Of a DNA stretch of 20,000 bases, positions 16,373-20,000 are shown piece after piece (position 1 is the stretch's first letter; each line of letters opens with the position of its first letter). The DNA is from Chthonomonadaceae bacterium (GTDB taxonomy: Bacteria > Armatimonadota > Chthonomonadetes > Chthonomonadales > Chthonomonadaceae), in contig DASRGZ010000059.1 of the NCBI GenBank assembly GCA_035650735.1, positions 57,961-77,960 on the forward strand. The letters are read 5' to 3'. The notes beneath the pieces were generated by a model. It was given only the letters and a program-made list of their open reading frames with translations, was not told where the DNA came from and did no database searches. Position numbers and translations under genes: made by a program.

Positions 16373-16620
16373 CCTAACTCCTCATTCCGGCAGGCTAAAC
16401 CCTGCCGCTGTGGGGCCTATGGCCCGCTGCCCGCCTGCGCGGGCAGCGGGTTCGGTAAGATGCCAGACTCGCCGCCCTCCCTCTCTGTGGGTGACCGTGC
16501 TGCCTACGCAGGCAGAGAGTCTCGCCCACGTAGGTGGGCGACGGGCGCTGTGCGCCCCCGATCGGCAGGGTTTAGCCTGCCGCTTCAGGCCCGACCCTCG
16601 CAGTGGGTTGGGGGTAAGGG
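16373..16620. repeat. REP mosaic between convergent genes with a perfect 20-bp inverted repeat and several hairpins
   Basis: CGGCAGGCTAAACCCTGCCG (16388-16407) / CGGCAGGGTTTAGCCTGCCG (16563-16582); hairpins at 16423-16450, 16500-16515 and 16522-16541; mini-element left end at 16604-16587 (minus). Confidence 0.85.
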
Positions 16621-16630
16621 CCTTTTAACC

Positions 16631-17038
16631 TCAAGTACGGATCTGCGGGCCTTCTTCCGCGAACCGGCCCAGCCGATACTGGTTCTGCTCCCCGGTGAGC
16701 TGATTCCAGAGCTCAAAATCAATATACTCTTTGGCAATAATCCAGTCCTGGTCCGAGACCGTCATGTTGTTCATCCCGGTGAACTCCCCGCGCTCCGGGT
16801 GGCGCAGGTTGAAGTAGGTAGCGCCTTCCTGCAAGCGCGTTCCCGGCTCCAGGATAGGAATGCGCCGGAGCACGTCATCGGCCAAGTTCGGCAACGCGGC
16901 GTGCATCTCCTTGATGTCGTAGGCGGTCCGGCTCGTCAGCGGGCCGGGCAGATCGCTCTCGCCCGCCCGATTGTGCGGGGTTAGATATTTCTGGGCAACT
17001 TCCACCACTTCGGGATCATTATGCTGATGTTCTGGCAC
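16631..17038 (-). CDS. Hypothetical protein (135 aa)
   Basis: GTG 17038 after AAAGGA; globular-looking sequence (TAYDIKEMH...IPILEPGTRLQEGATY...WNQL). The listed extension to 17482 overlaps the upstream gene and is unlikely. Confidence 0.75.
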   Translation of the reverse strand: MPEHQHNDPEVVEVAQKYLTPHNRAGESDLPGPLTSRTAYDIKEMHAALPNLADDVLRRIPILEPGTRLQEGATYFNLRHPERGEFTGMNNMTVSDQDWIIAKEYIDFELWNQLTGEQNQYRLGRFAEEGPQIRT

Positions 17039-17252
17039 CGTCGTATCCTTTCTAGCCGTCCGAGTCGCAGCCCGTAGGATTGGCAATCGCGCGTGGTCTG
17101 ATCCTGCCAAGAACGCTCGTTGGAGGCGGGCGCAGGCCGGCCCGGTAAAGGGATCGCCGGGCAACTGCCGACGCAGATAAGACGGGGGCGGAGGGGAGAG
17201 GGTTCCCCTGGAACGCCGGAATGGGCTGGAACGGCGGGCGCTCCCCCGGCAT

Positions 17253-18445
17253 CTATTCGTCGGAAGCAGGGGCGGTCTCCTGGGGCTGCGCGCGCCGATG
17301 CCAGTTCGGATTGACGAACATATTGAGGCCCGGATCGCAGATAATGCCGTTCTCCGTGTGGACAGGGCAGCTTGCCAGAAAGTTCTCATCAATCTCCACG
17401 CCCCAGCCCGGCCCCATAGGCAGCGTGAAGTAGCCGTCCACCACTTCCGGGTAGGGCGCACCGCACCGCTTGATCTCGGCATCCACGAAGTCGTTGAAAT
17501 GCTCCAGGACTTTGGCGTTGCGCAGGCCGACCATCATGTGCAGCGTCGCCACGGTGGTGATAATTCCGCCGACGTTATGCGGCGCGGCCATCATAGAGTA
17601 GGTCTCCGCCGTAGAGCAGATCTTCTTGGTCTCCAGCAGCCCACCGCACTGATTCAGGTCGGGCTGGATGATATGGGCCAGGCGATGGGTGAAGAGCTCC
17701 CGGAACTGCTGGGCGTGGTAGAGCCGTTCGCCGGTGGCAACAGGGATGGAGGTATGCTCCATGACGTAGCGCAGCGCAGGCAGATCCTCCGGACGGCAGG
17801 GCTCCTCGATCCAGCCGGGTTGGAATTTCTCGATGGCTTTGGCGATCTCGACGGCCTGGTGCGGCGCAAACCGCCCGTGCATCTCGATAAACATCTGGGC
17901 TTCGTTCCCCGTCACCGAATGCACCGCCTCGATGAGGGCGATAGACTTGTGGAACTCCGGGCGGGTCAACTCCAGATTGCCGCTGCCGAAAGGGTCGAAC
18001 TTCAAGCCCTTATAGCCCCGCTCCACCACGCGCCGCGCCGCTTTGGCGAACTCCTCCGGCGTGCGCTCGCAGGTGTACCAGCCGTTGGCGTAGGCCGGGA
18101 TACGGTCGTGGACTTTGCCTCCGATGAGCTGATAGACCGGCAAGTTTGCCTTCTTACCGAGGATATCCCAGCAGGCCATCTCCACTAGCGCCAAGCCCGT
18201 CATGACGACCTCGCCCGGCGAGCCGAAATCCAGCAGCGTAAAGCGCCGGTAAAGGTCTTCGATGTCGTAGACCTCATGGCCGATGAAGTGACGGCGCACG
18301 TCTTTGAGGTATTCCAACACGGTATAGGTCTTGCCCAGGATGCGCGCCTCGCCGACACCCCGCAATCCCTCATCGGTCTCCAGGATGAGGTAGGTTAAGT
18401 TGCGCCAGGGGGTCGCGACGACATAGGTTCGGTAATCGGTGATCT

Positions 18446-18449
<4 letters not shown>
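17253..18449 (-). CDS. Mandelate racemase/muconate lactonizing enzyme family acid-sugar dehydratase (DgoD-like)
   Basis: EMACWDILGK, PAYANGWY, KGLKFDP, IEMHGR, WIEEP, ATGERL, APHN; ATGA overlap with the upstream ALDH stop. Confidence 0.9.
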
Positions 18450-19816
<1,367 letters not shown>

Positions 19817-19858
19817 GATTATCCTCCCAGGAGCGTGCAACGAGCAGGGCCATTCCCT

Positions 19859-20000
19859 TTAGAGCGTGTGATGCACTTGGGTCCTCTTGAGGAGATAGGC
19901 CAGCCGCTCATTAGAGGCTTGGTGCTCGCTTTTTAGCGAGAGTGTCGAATCCGTTGCAGGCAAGTTCTTGCCTTGACTGCACAGAACCGCACTCACCTGC
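19859..20000 (-). CDS. Possible C-terminus of an upstream gene entering from the right edge
   Basis: Open frame QVSAVLCSQGKNLPATDSTLSLKSEHQASNERLAYLLKRTQVHHTL* ending at TAA 19861-19859; no motif. Confidence 0.3.
   Translation of the reverse strand, partial: QVSAVLCSQGKNLPATDSTLSLKSEHQASNERLAYLLKRTQVHHTL

Overview
GC-rich bacterial chromosomal window, probably Armatimonadota. That assignment is inferred from the prepilin/H-X9-DG protein with its small membrane partner and from the repeat style. Gene order: Tat-exported flavin amine/L-amino-acid oxidase (truncated by the left edge, missing from the ORF track) and a dicarboxylate/amino-acid:cation symporter, divergent from an HTH-TM-TPR putative regulator. 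Then come an acetamidase/formamidase, a hypothetical gene, a stand-alone LigD 3'-phosphoesterase, a PhyH-family dioxygenase, a prepilin/H-X9-DG protein plus small membrane protein, queE, folP, a TPR protein, a zinc-ribbon membrane protein, an unlisted 57-aa Cys-rich basic protein, a GH57 branching enzyme, a hypothetical gene, an enolase-superfamily dehydratase and a succinate-semialdehyde-dehydrogenase-like ALDH. The most unusual signal is non-coding. A ~45-bp mini-element (ACTGCNAGGG...CCGCCTNGCGA) sits repeatedly at the same position inside a REP-like palindrome family, with an apparently four-deep nested copy at 8489-8697. A separate 58-bp inverted repeat pair brackets exactly the ligD phosphoesterase gene. 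No tRNA, rRNA, transposase or true CRISPR array was seen.
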